A stretch of 64,000 nt of DNA from a virus. The notes beneath the pieces are model-generated. The model was given only the letters and a program-made list of their open reading frames with translations. It searched no databases and was not told where the DNA came from. The DNA lies in IMG/VR virus record IMGVR_UViG_3300044858_001565, positions 16,517 to 80,516 of that record; one strand, given 5' to 3'. Shown piece after piece: positions 27,163 to 37,750 of the stretch. The translations under genes were made by a program, and so were the position numbers. Each line of letters opens with the position of its first letter. Position 1 is the stretch's first letter.

Positions 27163-29397
27163 TTATCCGGTTACGGTCCAGCCCTTGCCTGTTGCAATGC
27201 TCCTGTTGCAGGCAGCAGCGCCCCAGTTTCCGGTGATGGTTACGGTTTTTCCTGCGCCAGTGGACGACAGATTGGTGAATATGCGGTTCAGTTCAGTCGG
27301 AGACAGGTTGCAGTTTTGATATGAGATGCTTGCGTTTGTTCCATACAGAGTGGCAACAGACAGGTTGTAGCAGTTGGAGAATGTGCTAGAAAATGATGTT
27401 ATGGAAGACGCGGTGAATCCTCCAATAGAAGACAGCCTAGAGCAGTTTGAGAACATACTTGTCACACTGTTAGAAGCAGATGAGGGCATAGTGATATAAC
27501 CCACACTCTGTAATGACAGACATCCAAAGAACATACTGCCAAAAGAAGTGCATAATGGAGCGTTTATATCTGAAACTCTTTTGAGAGAAGTGCAACTGGA
27601 GAACATACTCGAAAGACTTATAGCCTTCGATACATCCAAATTAGGAACTTGTTCCAAAGAATAACAGGAGGTGAACATCTGAGAGAAATCTGTTGCTTTT
27701 GATGTATTCAGTTCTGGAACAGTAATCAAAGCCCCACAACTATCAAACATACCCGAAAGACTGTTTCCATTAACGGTATTCAACGAAGATACCTGCCTCA
27801 AGGCTCGGCAATTCCTAAAAATATTAGCAAATGTCTGACAGGAGGAAGTGTCTCCAAAAGCAACTGTTTCTAGACTTCTACAACCAGAGAACATGGCTGT
27901 CATGTTCGTTGCTTTGGATGTATTGAAAACAGGAACACTCTTCAGACTAGTGCATCCTTCAAACATATATGTAAAATTCAAACATCCACTCGTATCGAAA
28001 AGAGGAATCTCACTCAAACTATTGCAACCGTTAAACATATATGAGCAACTTGTTATGTTTTGAGTATTGATTAGTCTGGGAACAACTCTTAGTGCGTAGC
28101 AATTTACAAACATATTAGCCGTAGAATTGCAATTGCCTAGAGAATATACACCCTGAACATCTCTGAGAGATTTGCAGTTCCAAAACATCTGAAATACACT
28201 AGTGCATTTGCTCAAATCTAGGGGGGGAACTGATAGCAGAGACTCACAACCCAAAAACATATTTCCAAAATCCGTTCCTTTGGATGTGTTCAACTGAGGA
28301 ATGGTCTTCAAAGCCTGACAACTTCCAAACATGGTATTGAACATTGTTCCATTTGATGTGTCTAGTGGAGGAATTTTTTTCAAGGAATAACAACCAGCAA
28401 ACATTCCAAAGAAATTACTAACTTTTGATGTGTCTATGAGTGGAATGCTTTTCAATGCAAAGCATTGATTAAACATATAACCACAATCATTGTTTCTAGA
28501 GGTATCAAGTGCTGGTATTGCGGGTAAAGACCAGCACTCAGCGAACATACCATTCATGTTTTGTCCATTTGATGTATTGAACCTAGAAATATTCACAAGG
28601 GACCGACACCCATCAAACATATTTGAAAAATTTGTTCCGTTTGATGTCCAATCAGTACCAGAAACATTTCTAAGACCCCGACACTTACCAAGTATATACG
28701 AAAAATTTGAAATGGAACTAGATCCAACCCATTCAAAGTTTTGCAAAAGGTCTAGTGTTACTACGGGAGTTGTAATTGGCTGCTTCAGTCCAAAAAAACA
28801 ACCAGTGATTCCAGATCCTGCAATCTTGATGTCTAACCAATTTGCTCCAAGATTTCCTGTTGGAGTTGCACTACCATAGAAAGTAACTCCAGGTTCACGA
28901 TACTGTTTCTGCAAATCAATGAATGTCAGTGTTGCTCCGCCGACATATGCAGGATATGCCTTAATGAGCACCTGCCTGAATCCACCAGATGTTGTTGTTT
29001 CTGCTGATACTCCATCATAATTGTACCGGTATTGTGCTGTTGCTCCAGAAGCATACTGTTGAGTTACACCATTTCCCCAGTCAACAATGTAATCTCTTGC
29101 CAATCCATTCAATCCTAGAGAAAAAGCAACAAAATTGCTGTCAGCAGATGCTCCCGAATTTCCACTCGCTCCCTGATAAATAGCAAGTATTCCACAAAAC
29201 ATCTGATCGCTCGGTGTGAGTGTTGGCATTGGCAGCCAGTCCGCAGGGCGATTCCATGCCGTTGGAAGTTCTGCATCAGATTCATTGGTTTCTACCCCAC
29301 GAACATATCGTTTAGACGGAGAAACCAATCCCCTATCTTCATAGTCAAGGGCATTTAGAGCAATATATCCGTTGTTGTATCTGTTCTTCTTGCTCAT
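27163..29397 (-). CDS. DUF285/BspA-like leucine-rich-repeat surface protein
   Basis: About 20 repeats of (D/N)TSxxxxFxxMFxxCxSLxxIPxL; N-terminal WNRPADWL and IVDWGNG motifs. Confidence 0.85.
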   Translation of the reverse strand: MSKKNRYNNGYIALNALDYEDRGLVSPSKRYVRGVETNESDAELPTAWNRPADWLPMPTLTPSDQMFCGILAIYQGASGNSGASADSNFVAFSLGLNGLARDYIVDWGNGVTQQYASGATAQYRYNYDGVSAETTTSGGFRQVLIKAYPAYVGGATLTFIDLQKQYREPGVTFYGSATPTGNLGANWLDIKIAGSGITGCFFGLKQPITTPVVTLDLLQNFEWVGSSSISNFSYILGKCRGLRNVSGTDWTSNGTNFSNMFDGCRSLVNISRFNTSNGQNMNGMFAECWSLPAIPALDTSRNNDCGYMFNQCFALKSIPLIDTSKVSNFFGMFAGCYSLKKIPPLDTSNGTMFNTMFGSCQALKTIPQLNTSKGTDFGNMFLGCESLLSVPPLDLSKCTSVFQMFWNCKSLRDVQGVYSLGNCNSTANMFVNCYALRVVPRLINTQNITSCSYMFNGCNSLSEIPLFDTSGCLNFTYMFEGCTSLKSVPVFNTSKATNMTAMFSGCRSLETVAFGDTSSCQTFANIFRNCRALRQVSSLNTVNGNSLSGMFDSCGALITVPELNTSKATDFSQMFTSCYSLEQVPNLDVSKAISLSSMFSSCTSLKRVSDINAPLCTSFGSMFFGCLSLQSVGYITMPSSASNSVTSMFSNCSRLSSIGGFTASSITSFSSTFSNCYNLSVATLYGTNASISYQNCNLSPTELNRIFTNLSSTGAGKTVTITGNWGAAACNRSIATGKGWTVTG

Positions 29398-31049
29398 GCG
29401 AAAAACCAAGAAAGAGTGCTGTCTCCTCCACCGCCGCCGATGGAAGATATGGTCAAAGTCTGTCCAGATACCGTTATAGTGATGTTTGTTCCTGCTGATA
29501 TACCCACTGGTCCGGACAGTCCGTTCAGAGAAGAAACATAAAAATCAACTGGTCCAGTGTCTCCCTTTGGACCAGTGGGACCAGTGTTTCCTTGTGGTCC
29601 CGTTGGACCAGTCGGACCCGTTGGACCAGGAACTGTGGAGTCTGCGCCAGTATTTCCTTGTGGACCTGTTGGTCCGGTGTTTCCTTGTGGTCCCGTTGGA
29701 CCTATTGGACCAATCGGACCAGTTTCACCTGTGCTGCCTTGCGGTCCTGTCGGACCCATCGGACCTGTTGGACCAATCGGACCAGTTTCACCTGTGCTTC
29801 CCTGTGGACCAGTCGGTCCCGTATTGCCTTGTGGACCAGTCGGACCCATTGGACCAATCGGACCAGTTTCACCTGTGCTGCCTTGCGGTCCTGTCGGACC
29901 CATCGGACCTGTTGGACCAGGAACCGTGGAGTCTGCACCAGTATTGCCTTGTGGACCTGTTGGACCTGTCGGACCCATAGGACCTGTTGGACCAGGAACC
30001 GTGGAGTCTGCGCCAGTATTGCCTTGTGGACCTGTTGGTCCCGTGTTGCCTTGTGGACCAGTCGGACCTGTTGGACCTATTGATCCTGTATTTCCTTGAG
30101 GACCAGTTTCACCTGTGTTGCCTTGTGGTCCTGTCGGACCTGCTGGACCAGGAACGGTGGAGTCTGCACCGGTATTACCCTGTAGACCAGTCGGTCCCGT
30201 ATTGCCTTGTGGACCAGTCGGACCTATTGGTCCTGTATTTCCTTGAGGACCAGTTTCACCTGTGTTGCCTTGTGGTCCTGTCGGACCTGTTGGACCAGGA
30301 ACGGTGGAGTCTGCACCAGTATTGCCTTGTGGACCTGTTGGACCAGTCGGACCTACAGAACCAGTTTCGCCCTTGCTGCCTTGTGGTCCTATCGGACCTG
30401 CTGGACCAGGAACTGTGGAGTCTGCGCCAGTATTGCCTTGTGGACCTGTTGGTCCGGTGTTTCCTTGTGGTCCCGTTGGACCTATGGGACCAGTTTCACC
30501 CTTGCTGCCCTGCGGACCCGGAATCAACACCTGATTTGCAGAAACAAGATTTCCAAAAATGTTTGTTCCGAGAGCAAGAGTAACACCGACAAAACTCAGA
30601 GTTGCACCAGGCAGAACCGCTGTCCCCAACCTAGTCACTTTTGGGCTCACCACAAACTGACCACTCATCAGTTCTTCGGTTCTTCCATCCTTTGCCAGAT
30701 CAATAGAATATTTCCACGAACCAACACGAACATAACTCATCGAAACAGCATCTGCTGAAATGAATATGCCACCAGTCATGGTGGCACCCGTTGATCCCTT
30801 GTTTAGATAAACGCCTCCCACACCAGCAAGACCGCCAGTTGCTCCAAAGTCTCCTGCTGTGCCGCCGCTGATTACTTCACTGTTTGAAATATGAAGATAT
30901 AGACGACTGCTTTCTGTGTTCGGTCGCACTTGCAGGCGTACAGTATAGCCAGTCAGATCAACAGGATCACCGTTTTCATCGTAATACTCTATGTGAAAAT
31001 TAAAGGTGGAACTCTGCTGAGTATTGATGTCGTAGTATGCGGATGCCAT
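29394..31049 (-). CDS. Collagen-like fibre (GPT/GPQ/GNT repeats) with N-terminal anchor domain
   Basis: About 105 triplets; N-terminal domain with [14 protein letters not shown]...WKYSIDL...[14 protein letters not shown]; ends WFFA. Confidence 0.85.
   Translation of the reverse strand: MASAYYDINTQQSSTFNFHIEYYDENGDPVDLTGYTVRLQVRPNTESSRLYLHISNSEVISGGTAGDFGATGGLAGVGGVYLNKGSTGATMTGGIFISADAVSMSYVRVGSWKYSIDLAKDGRTEELMSGQFVVSPKVTRLGTAVLPGATLSFVGVTLALGTNIFGNLVSANQVLIPGPQGSKGETGPIGPTGPQGNTGPTGPQGNTGADSTVPGPAGPIGPQGSKGETGSVGPTGPTGPQGNTGADSTVPGPTGPTGPQGNTGETGPQGNTGPIGPTGPQGNTGPTGLQGNTGADSTVPGPAGPTGPQGNTGETGPQGNTGSIGPTGPTGPQGNTGPTGPQGNTGADSTVPGPTGPMGPTGPTGPQGNTGADSTVPGPTGPMGPTGPQGSTGETGPIGPMGPTGPQGNTGPTGPQGSTGETGPIGPTGPMGPTGPQGSTGETGPIGPIGPTGPQGNTGPTGPQGNTGADSTVPGPTGPTGPTGPQGNTGPTGPKGDTGPVDFYVSSLNGLSGPVGISAGTNITITVSGQTLTISSIGGGGGDSTLSWFFA
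29545..30520 (-). repeat. Collagen repeat region with GADSTVP interruptions
   Basis: ggaccagtcggacc / gtattgccttgtggacc units; [12 protein letters not shown] occurs 6 times. Confidence 0.9.
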
Positions 31050-31076
31050 TACCCTGTTCCCCCTGTGATCGGTTGG

Positions 31077-31472
31077 TCATCCTCTAGTAACTTTAGGCAA
31101 TACCACGAATCTCCCGTGCATGATTTCCTCTGTTGTGTCACCGGCAGTGAGTTCAAGCGAATAGTGCCACGATCCTTCAGGAACATATCCCATAGATTCG
31201 GTGTCAGCAAATATCCTGACCCCACCCGTAAGCACTCCACCTGTCTCACCACAATTCAAATATATTCCACCACTTCCACCCGTGACCCCACTGGTCACGC
31301 CAGAACCCGTTATTTCCAAGTAACGCACATCCGAAGCGGAACTGGGCTTTACATGAAAACGAGCAGAGTACTGTCCCATATTTATAGGAGTTTCGTCATC
31401 GGCAAGATACTCTAAATGCAAATCCAAAGTGGAGTCTTGCTGTGCCTGTATATCGTAATACGCGGATGCCAT
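31077..31472 (-). CDS. Stand-alone paralogue of the collagen fibre's N-terminal anchor domain
   Basis: Both proteins start MASAYYDI and share GxFVVxPKVTR. Confidence 0.75.
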   Translation of the reverse strand: MASAYYDIQAQQDSTLDLHLEYLADDETPINMGQYSARFHVKPSSASDVRYLEITGSGVTSGVTGGSGGIYLNCGETGGVLTGGVRIFADTESMGYVPEGSWHYSLELTAGDTTEEIMHGRFVVLPKVTRG

Positions 31473-31609
31473 TACAATGCCTTTTCCTTGTTTAAAATAT
31501 TTTGGTGACGATTCTGACTCTTTACCAAAACCCTATGCTTTCGTGTCCTGCGAGTGGCACTGCTTGCAAATCCACCACGACCTTTTCCAGACGGAGAATT
31601 TCTAGCCAT
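31472..31609 (-). CDS. Small basic peptide (45 aa)
   Basis: Not in track: MARNSPSGKGRGGFASSATRRTRKHRVLVKSQNRHQNILNKEKAL; TAATG coupling at both ends. Confidence 0.55.
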   Translation of the reverse strand: MARNSPSGKGRGGFASSATRRTRKHRVLVKSQNRHQNILNKEKAL

Positions 31610-32832
31610 TATCGCTTCCTCTTCTTGAAGGTCTTTGCCTTCACTGTATTTATAGTGGTCACCATAGGCTGTGAAATGGGCGAAGAACGCAGCATATTCA
31701 ATGCATCAGGGTGACTCGCCTTTATCTGATTGATGCGTTCCATGTATGAAGCGTGGTTCTTTTGATTACGCTCAATCTCACTCTGCGGCAAACGGTTTTC
31801 TTTGAGCAACTTCTCGCAGGCAGCAAGACCTGTCATGTAGTCGTGAACATAAAAAGCGGTAGAACCCAGTTCGTCCAGTGCCATCCAGTTGTATACATTG
31901 TTGTCAATGAAAAGGATGTCCTGATGTGGATACGGAATTTGAGCCGCTTCTTTTGCAAACAGGTAGGCAGCACGGGGTCGCCCGTTCATCCGCAGAAATC
32001 GCGCAATAGCATGGAGAGGTTCTGCACGGCACGGACGGAAATCATATGAGTCCAAGAACTTCTGCTGCACTGTCGTCCACGGAGACTCCTTGGAGATTTC
32101 ACACAGAGCGATGCGGAACAGGGAGTAGTAGCACTCCTCTTCCCATCCACCCATCTCCACGCGCTTGTAGTATGCTGCAATAGCCTTGTCCCACTGCTGT
32201 GAGTCAAAATACGACTGCGCGAGATAGAACTGATAGCGCGTGTTGTTTGGGTCTGTCTCAAGAGCCTTCTCAAGCAGAATGGCATCCTTGGAATACTTCT
32301 CCACGGGGGTGATGTTCACATTTCGGTGACCAATTGTCCGTGCTTCGAGATGATAATTTCCATCAATCTTGAGTTGATTGAGTGGCTGCTTGTCGCAGTG
32401 CGCGTATTCATGTAGGATTCCCACATACTTCCAACCGATTCCCGTCTTGAAGATTTGATTGCGCCACCAGATGCACTGATCGCGTCCGCACTTCAGAGCA
32501 TATCCATCGTGAATCAGGTTCTTGCCGTTGGGATACACAAAGTTTCCAACAATACGGTCATCTGCATCAATCATCCAAGCATAGTCCGCCTTTCCATCAC
32601 AGAGTGCTAGAGCCTCGGAACGATTGTGTCCAAAGTCAACCCACGGACGCTCATGGAGTTCTCCAGGAATTCCCTTTTCAGCAAAATACTTCTTAATAAG
32701 TTCTTGTGTTCCGTCAGTAGAACCCGTATCCACAATCACCCAATAGTCTATATGTGGAGAGATAGAGTCCAAGCATTCGTGGATAATGTGCGTTTCATTC
32801 TTTACAATCATTGATAGACATACTGTAGACAT
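31609..32832 (-). CDS. GT2 glycosyltransferase with TPR repeats
   Basis: CLSMIVKNE, VDTGSTDGT, DFGHNRS, MIDADD, GILHE; TPR region RYQFYLAQSYFD...AYYKR...RAEPL. Confidence 0.9.
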   Translation of the reverse strand: MSTVCLSMIVKNETHIIHECLDSISPHIDYWVIVDTGSTDGTQELIKKYFAEKGIPGELHERPWVDFGHNRSEALALCDGKADYAWMIDADDRIVGNFVYPNGKNLIHDGYALKCGRDQCIWWRNQIFKTGIGWKYVGILHEYAHCDKQPLNQLKIDGNYHLEARTIGHRNVNITPVEKYSKDAILLEKALETDPNNTRYQFYLAQSYFDSQQWDKAIAAYYKRVEMGGWEEECYYSLFRIALCEISKESPWTTVQQKFLDSYDFRPCRAEPLHAIARFLRMNGRPRAAYLFAKEAAQIPYPHQDILFIDNNVYNWMALDELGSTAFYVHDYMTGLAACEKLLKENRLPQSEIERNQKNHASYMERINQIKASHPDALNMLRSSPISQPMVTTINTVKAKTFKKRKR

Positions 32833-32855
32833 TACGATTCTCCTGTTTATTTCAA

Positions 32856-33443
32856 TCAAGACCACTCATGGACTATGATGTTATTTAGCCTCAATTGATC
32901 TATGAGTTCTTTCTTTTCGGCTATCTTTTTTTCGTGATTTGGATACCAGAATCTATCGTGCCACTCAATGTAGATTTCCTTGACACAGTTTAGTCTGCTG
33001 CTCTTTAGCAAATCCGATAGGAACAAAAACTCTGCTCCTTCTATATCACACTTTATCTTTATGTTATCAGTTTCGCTTGCATCACAAACATATAGAAGTG
33101 TCTCCGCACAAATACTATTGACTGGAATTTGCGACCAAGAAAAAGATGCTCCATAAACAACATCCATCTCTGGAGGAGACTCTAGAGCGTTACAAGCATT
33201 ACTTGTTTTATTTTTCTCTATGTTGAACGGAACTATTCCGTCAGTATCAAGAACAGCACAGTTATAAACGGTGAGACTGGAAAATCGGTTTCGTATGACA
33301 TCTGCTCGGTCTAATGCTTTCACATAGACATATGGATTTGCCTCAAAACTATAAACAGAATATGTGTGGTCTATTGCTCCCGTAGACAGTATGCTTTCTA
33401 GACCTTCTAATCCATGACAACCTAAATCTATAAACTTGTTCAC
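32856..33443 (-). CDS. FkbM-family methyltransferase
   Basis: FIDLGCH, YSFEANP, KIKCDIEGAEF, IYIEWH; GTG start after GGAGG. Confidence 0.85.
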   Translation of the reverse strand: MNKFIDLGCHGLEGLESILSTGAIDHTYSVYSFEANPYVYVKALDRADVIRNRFSSLTVYNCAVLDTDGIVPFNIEKNKTSNACNALESPPEMDVVYGASFSWSQIPVNSICAETLLYVCDASETDNIKIKCDIEGAEFLFLSDLLKSSRLNCVKEIYIEWHDRFWYPNHEKKIAEKKELIDQLRLNNIIVHEWS

Positions 33444-33462
33444 TTGTATATCCTCCAAGAGG

Positions 33463-34395
33463 TCAACTAGAAACCACCGAATCAAACTTCTGATCTATGA
33501 TCTTTCTAAGCACATCAAACTTAGATCCTTCTTCCACAGAAGCATTCCACCTTCTGGCGCTATGCCAGTGCCAAGCAAAACAGCCTTCATGTGGATCGTA
33601 AGCGTAGTCGTGCTTCTTGAGGTGATTGAAATCCGATGGCATATTGGCAAGCAACTCTATATTGAACCAAGAGCAGGGCAGTTTATACAAATTGGGATCT
33701 TGCACGACATCATACAAAGCACACCCCCAACATACACTGTTTGGAACGGGTCTAATATATCGTAGTTGTTCTAGGAATCTAAATGCTGTAATGCTTTCCT
33801 TTTGCAACCCCATTATCGCGCCGTTACAGAGTATTCTTTTTGGTGGCGGACCACCCATTGGATTTAGAGCGTCAGGATTGGCTCCAGTATCTCCCCATTG
33901 ATACAGAAAATTCAGATCATTGAGCGGACTCATATCCCGTAGGATGAAGACATCCATATCAACAAAAAATCCACCGTACTTGTATAAACACAAAATCTTG
34001 AACAGGTCTATTCCTAGCCAGCACAAAGAATCATCTACTACCACGGACTTAAAATAGTCTATGTGATCCTCTAGTGGGGTTCCTACCATCTCTTCTAGCG
34101 GATTCCAAAGCCGATGCTTCACGAAAGGAGAAACCGGCTTCAAGATTTCGTTTTGACTCAAATCAAGATTAGACCACAGATTAATCTCGTAATTTTCGTG
34201 ATTCATCTCTTCGTGGTTTGCAACTATGGATTTCAGACAGGTAAGATGTTTGTCTCCCACATCGGAGGGAACTCTCCAATACAGATGAAACTGCATCTTG
34301 TTTGGTGTTCTGTTCGGCTTGAGTGTTTTTGCAAAAGATAAAGCGTCAGTATAATCTTTGCAGTATAAATTTGGATGTGTGTTTATTGATATCAT
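33463..34395 (-). CDS. DXD-motif glycosyltransferase (GT32-like)
   Basis: DLFKILCLYKYGGFFVDMDV, NGAIM, WG, FAWHWH. Confidence 0.85.
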   Translation of the reverse strand: MISINTHPNLYCKDYTDALSFAKTLKPNRTPNKMQFHLYWRVPSDVGDKHLTCLKSIVANHEEMNHENYEINLWSNLDLSQNEILKPVSPFVKHRLWNPLEEMVGTPLEDHIDYFKSVVVDDSLCWLGIDLFKILCLYKYGGFFVDMDVFILRDMSPLNDLNFLYQWGDTGANPDALNPMGGPPPKRILCNGAIMGLQKESITAFRFLEQLRYIRPVPNSVCWGCALYDVVQDPNLYKLPCSWFNIELLANMPSDFNHLKKHDYAYDPHEGCFAWHWHSARRWNASVEEGSKFDVLRKIIDQKFDSVVSS

Positions 34396-34422
34396 GTAAA
34401 CCTCTACTCTAAATGACGATAA

Positions 34423-35271
34423 TCATAATACTGAACCATCTTTGCAAATAGAACTATAGTAATCACACATATACTTTATTCCATCCGAAATACTAGTCTT
34501 TGGTTTCCAATAGTTCAAGATGTTTGTATTGGGATCATTTCTTGCATTTCGCTGAATGCAATCAACATCCACCGAAGGAACTATATCACATTGTATGTTG
34601 GATTGAATAATCTTAGCAATATCTATTATCTTCACCCACTCAAAACTAGACACATGAAAATCTTCTGACCTATCAATAGAATCGTAAATAGTGGATAGTT
34701 GGTGTAGGCACTCGCAGCAGTCATCAGCATATAGAAACTGACGCTCTTCCATTCCATCAGTCATCATATCAATAGTTCCAGTGTTGATAGCCTTCTTTAT
34801 AAAGTCGGTTATAACATGAGATTTCTCTTCATCGTGTTCAATTCCATACACATTCCAAAACCTAGCAACCAAGCCATTTAGCGATCTTGTATAGCGTTCA
34901 CCGAGTCTTTTAAGCGTTCCATATGAAGAATATTCCATACTAGACATCTGCGAAGACGCAAACAAAAACGGCTTTTTTGATTCGTTCAAATAATAAAAGC
35001 CCGTATTCATTATTTTTATGTTGTTGTCTATGAACTGGTAAGTATCTTGATATCGTTTCAAGTATCTTGATCCACCAACATCAAACGCTAGAAAATACAC
35101 AAAATCTGCGGTATTGATCTTTTCTTTCAAAAGATCATTTGGATACTTTCTGATATCGTGATCTTCTGACAAAACTATATCAAAAGTGTCGGCAATGTGT
35201 CCCCGATCAATTAGAAATTTTGTTAGATGACTACCGATTTGTCCAGAAGAACCAAGGATCAAATATCGCAT
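34423..35271 (-). CDS. NAD-dependent nucleotide-sugar epimerase/dehydratase
   Basis: ILGSSGQIG, FASS, YGTLK, RFWNVYG, RQFLYADD. Confidence 0.9.
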   Translation of the reverse strand: MRYLILGSSGQIGSHLTKFLIDRGHIADTFDIVLSEDHDIRKYPNDLLKEKINTADFVYFLAFDVGGSRYLKRYQDTYQFIDNNIKIMNTGFYYLNESKKPFLFASSQMSSMEYSSYGTLKRLGERYTRSLNGLVARFWNVYGIEHDEEKSHVITDFIKKAINTGTIDMMTDGMEERQFLYADDCCECLHQLSTIYDSIDRSEDFHVSSFEWVKIIDIAKIIQSNIQCDIVPSVDVDCIQRNARNDPNTNILNYWKPKTSISDGIKYMCDYYSSICKDGSVL

Positions 35272-35837
35272 CAGTATTTCCTCAATATGGTGAGTCCATT
35301 GCAAAACGGAAGAGTAGAGTATTCCCAAACATCAGAATCAAGACCACATACTGCGCCAAATGGTCCGCCGTTTCCAAACTCACCGTATCCAACATCTGTG
35401 TTGTAATTCGGATGAGTCCTAGCCATCAGATCATGGAGGAGTACTACAGTATTTTTATTGCAATACGGTTCTAGAAGGTCTATCTCTTTTTTAACATGAA
35501 TACCATCATGCCAATCATCAATAAAAATCAAATCGAATGAAGTCTGATTTTTTTCTAGAAAGTCGATTGCATCGCTCTTTAAGAAATTCCAATTTGGTTT
35601 TAAATCTTCTGGACAATCAAAGGTCGTTTCTTCAATATCGACAGATGTTACAGTTGCACCCAATTCCTTTGCTGCTGCTAAAAGAGGAAGAGTGGTGTGT
35701 CCCTCTCTAACACCAAGTTCAAGAAATCTCTTTCCTCTAGTCGTGAGTGCAATCCCAAAAATTGCGGCGCACAATTGTTCCGAATCACCCGATCCATTGA
35801 CAGTAGTGTGTATTATTTTTTCAATATAACTATTCAT
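35271..35837 (-). CDS. Class I SAM-dependent methyltransferase
   Basis: FLELGVREG, SVDI, FDLIFIDDWH, VLLHD, NGLTIL. Confidence 0.85.
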   Translation of the reverse strand: MNSYIEKIIHTTVNGSGDSEQLCAAIFGIALTTRGKRFLELGVREGHTTLPLLAAAKELGATVTSVDIEETTFDCPEDLKPNWNFLKSDAIDFLEKNQTSFDLIFIDDWHDGIHVKKEIDLLEPYCNKNTVVLLHDLMARTHPNYNTDVGYGEFGNGGPFGAVCGLDSDVWEYSTLPFCNGLTILRKY

Positions 35838-36682
35838 CAGTGTACACTTTCTTCAAATGTTTTGTCTGCATATCCCCACAACTCTGAATTGTGAGTAACC
35901 ACATACTTGTTGAACGCATCCTCTTTGTTGTTTCTTATAATCGTATTGTCCTTTGTCCAGAAGTATGGATTATTTTTGTGTTCTAGATGAAACCAATCAA
36001 TATCTAAAAGTTCAACAGAATGTCCTTTTAGATTTGCAACCTTTGCTTGCACATTGGAATCACTAAAACATCTATGATAAAGTGCCTCTTCAAACCCACG
36101 AATAGTATTCCATACAGACCGGTGTGCTGCTTGAAAATCTCCACAACCAATTACTAGAGAATATCTGTCTGCTGGATCATATTTTTCTATTCTTTCCATC
36201 TTTTCAAGAATGTTTCTATTTTGAATTAGAGCAGATATCTTGTCTGATGGACTGAGATTCAATAGATGTATCAGGTGTATGTTCTCTGGAACATTCCACT
36301 TTGCTATGGTATAGATTTTTTTAGGATCAAGTGTCTGTTCTGAAAATGGAGTTGGTATATTGTCTATGTTGCAGGAGACAATCCAATCTCCTTTTGCTCT
36401 GCGTATTCCGACATTTCTAGCCAAGACTTCGCAGCATGGCTGTGCTTCTTTTGGCAGATTGGCTGCGACAAACCCTTTATCGACAGTAATACATCGCAGT
36501 TTTCCTGTCGGTTGGACAAAATCTTTTATCTGATCTATCATTGGAACACCATGAGGAGAGTTCCAATCTACGAGTATAACCTCATCAAAAACCTCTACCA
36601 TGCAGTTCAAACACTGAATTGCTCTTTCTGCCAAGAACATCCCGTAATTATCATTTCTAGTTGGTATTACAGCAGTTTTCAC
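35837..36682 (-). CDS. Putative glycosyltransferase (GT-A fold)
   Basis: RNDNYG, ILVDWNS, ARNVGIRRAKGDWIVSCNID, GDFQ, GFEE. Confidence 0.7.
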   Translation of the reverse strand: MKTAVIPTRNDNYGMFLAERAIQCLNCMVEVFDEVILVDWNSPHGVPMIDQIKDFVQPTGKLRCITVDKGFVAANLPKEAQPCCEVLARNVGIRRAKGDWIVSCNIDNIPTPFSEQTLDPKKIYTIAKWNVPENIHLIHLLNLSPSDKISALIQNRNILEKMERIEKYDPADRYSLVIGCGDFQAAHRSVWNTIRGFEEALYHRCFSDSNVQAKVANLKGHSVELLDIDWFHLEHKNNPYFWTKDNTIIRNNKEDAFNKYVVTHNSELWGYADKTFEESVH

Positions 36683-36696
36683 ATGAAACTCTCTTT

Positions 36697-37392
36697 CTAG
36701 TAATGAACTTTAGTCCACTCATTTTTTCTAGAAAACTCAATGTCGTGAACTTTGCACATATGATAAAAAAGTTTACCAGAAAGTCTACTCATAGATTCGA
36801 CTAAATGGATGAAAGATGAATCTATACAATGTACTTCCGTTGCCTTTTCTACAACACACATCCAGTCAAACATGGAAGATTCGCTGCTTGTGTGACGAAC
36901 TCTGACTATTGGTAGATCAGTGTCTATTTTCAAATCATACTTTCCAATACTAGAAACATCGTGAACCAATAAAAATTTTTCAGGAAGGTTTAGTTCTGCT
37001 ATGAGTTTTTGCTCGCTAATGTGATTTCTCTTGATGTAGAAAGAATCCCATCTTTCGCTGAAAGGAACACCGACAGAATCATACATTGACTTATCAAACT
37101 CAGAATTGATACACTTCTCAAAACCTGCACGAACCAATCTAATTTTTGACCAATCATATGGCATATTGTATAAATCCTGATCGTGCTGAACAGGAAGTAT
37201 CTTTATGCGTGGTTCATCTGCATACATGGCTTTTACATTATTTCCATATTTATTTTTAGTCACTAGCCACAAGCAAGATGGAGATGCGTGTTTGAGTATA
37301 TATCGTACCATTCCATTGCAAATGATATGATCTCCTAGTCCAAGATGGTGATGAACTATTATTGAATTAGGATCAAAATCAATATGCTGCAT
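36697..37392 (-). CDS. Putative glycosyltransferase (GT-B/GT9-like)
   Basis: HHHLGLGDHIICNGMVR; ATEVHCIDSSFIHLV. Confidence 0.6.
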   Translation of the reverse strand: MQHIDFDPNSIIVHHHLGLGDHIICNGMVRYILKHASPSCLWLVTKNKYGNNVKAMYADEPRIKILPVQHDQDLYNMPYDWSKIRLVRAGFEKCINSEFDKSMYDSVGVPFSERWDSFYIKRNHISEQKLIAELNLPEKFLLVHDVSSIGKYDLKIDTDLPIVRVRHTSSESSMFDWMCVVEKATEVHCIDSSFIHLVESMSRLSGKLFYHMCKVHDIEFSRKNEWTKVHY

Positions 37393-37750
37393 ATGATTTT
37401 TCCTCAAACAAAGAAGATCCTGTTTGCTCGTTTATCTTTCTTTTTATTGAAGCGCGAGCATCGTTGACAATGTAAACCTTTCTAGCCAACTCAATAAACT
37501 CTTGATCGAATTCTTTCGCTCTTTCTTTGTCTCTTATTGCGTCTTCAATTATCCACAACTCGGCGTTCACGGACTTTAGTTGTTGAAACAGAGGATGATC
37601 TGTTTCCATAAAAGAATTCATGCCAGGTAGTATGGCATTCAGTTCACTGATGACATTAGAAATCTTTTCTGGATTGGATAGTCTTTCTTTCTTTATCATC
37701 AGAATAGAAACCTTGTCTGCTATCTCTCCATTAGAAACTTCTATCTTCAT
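37379..37750 (-). CDS. DUF6165-like protein
   Basis: IEVSNGEIADKVSILMIK...LWIIEDAIR...FIELARKVYIVND.RA.IK..IN...S.L.EEKSY. Confidence 0.75.
   Translation of the reverse strand: MKIEVSNGEIADKVSILMIKKERLSNPEKISNVISELNAILPGMNSFMETDHPLFQQLKSVNAELWIIEDAIRDKERAKEFDQEFIELARKVYIVNDARASIKRKINEQTGSSLFEEKSYAAY

Noticed and set aside
29545-30520. Regular short repeats resembling a CRISPR array
   Set aside because: In-frame collagen codons; no unique spacers and no cas genes
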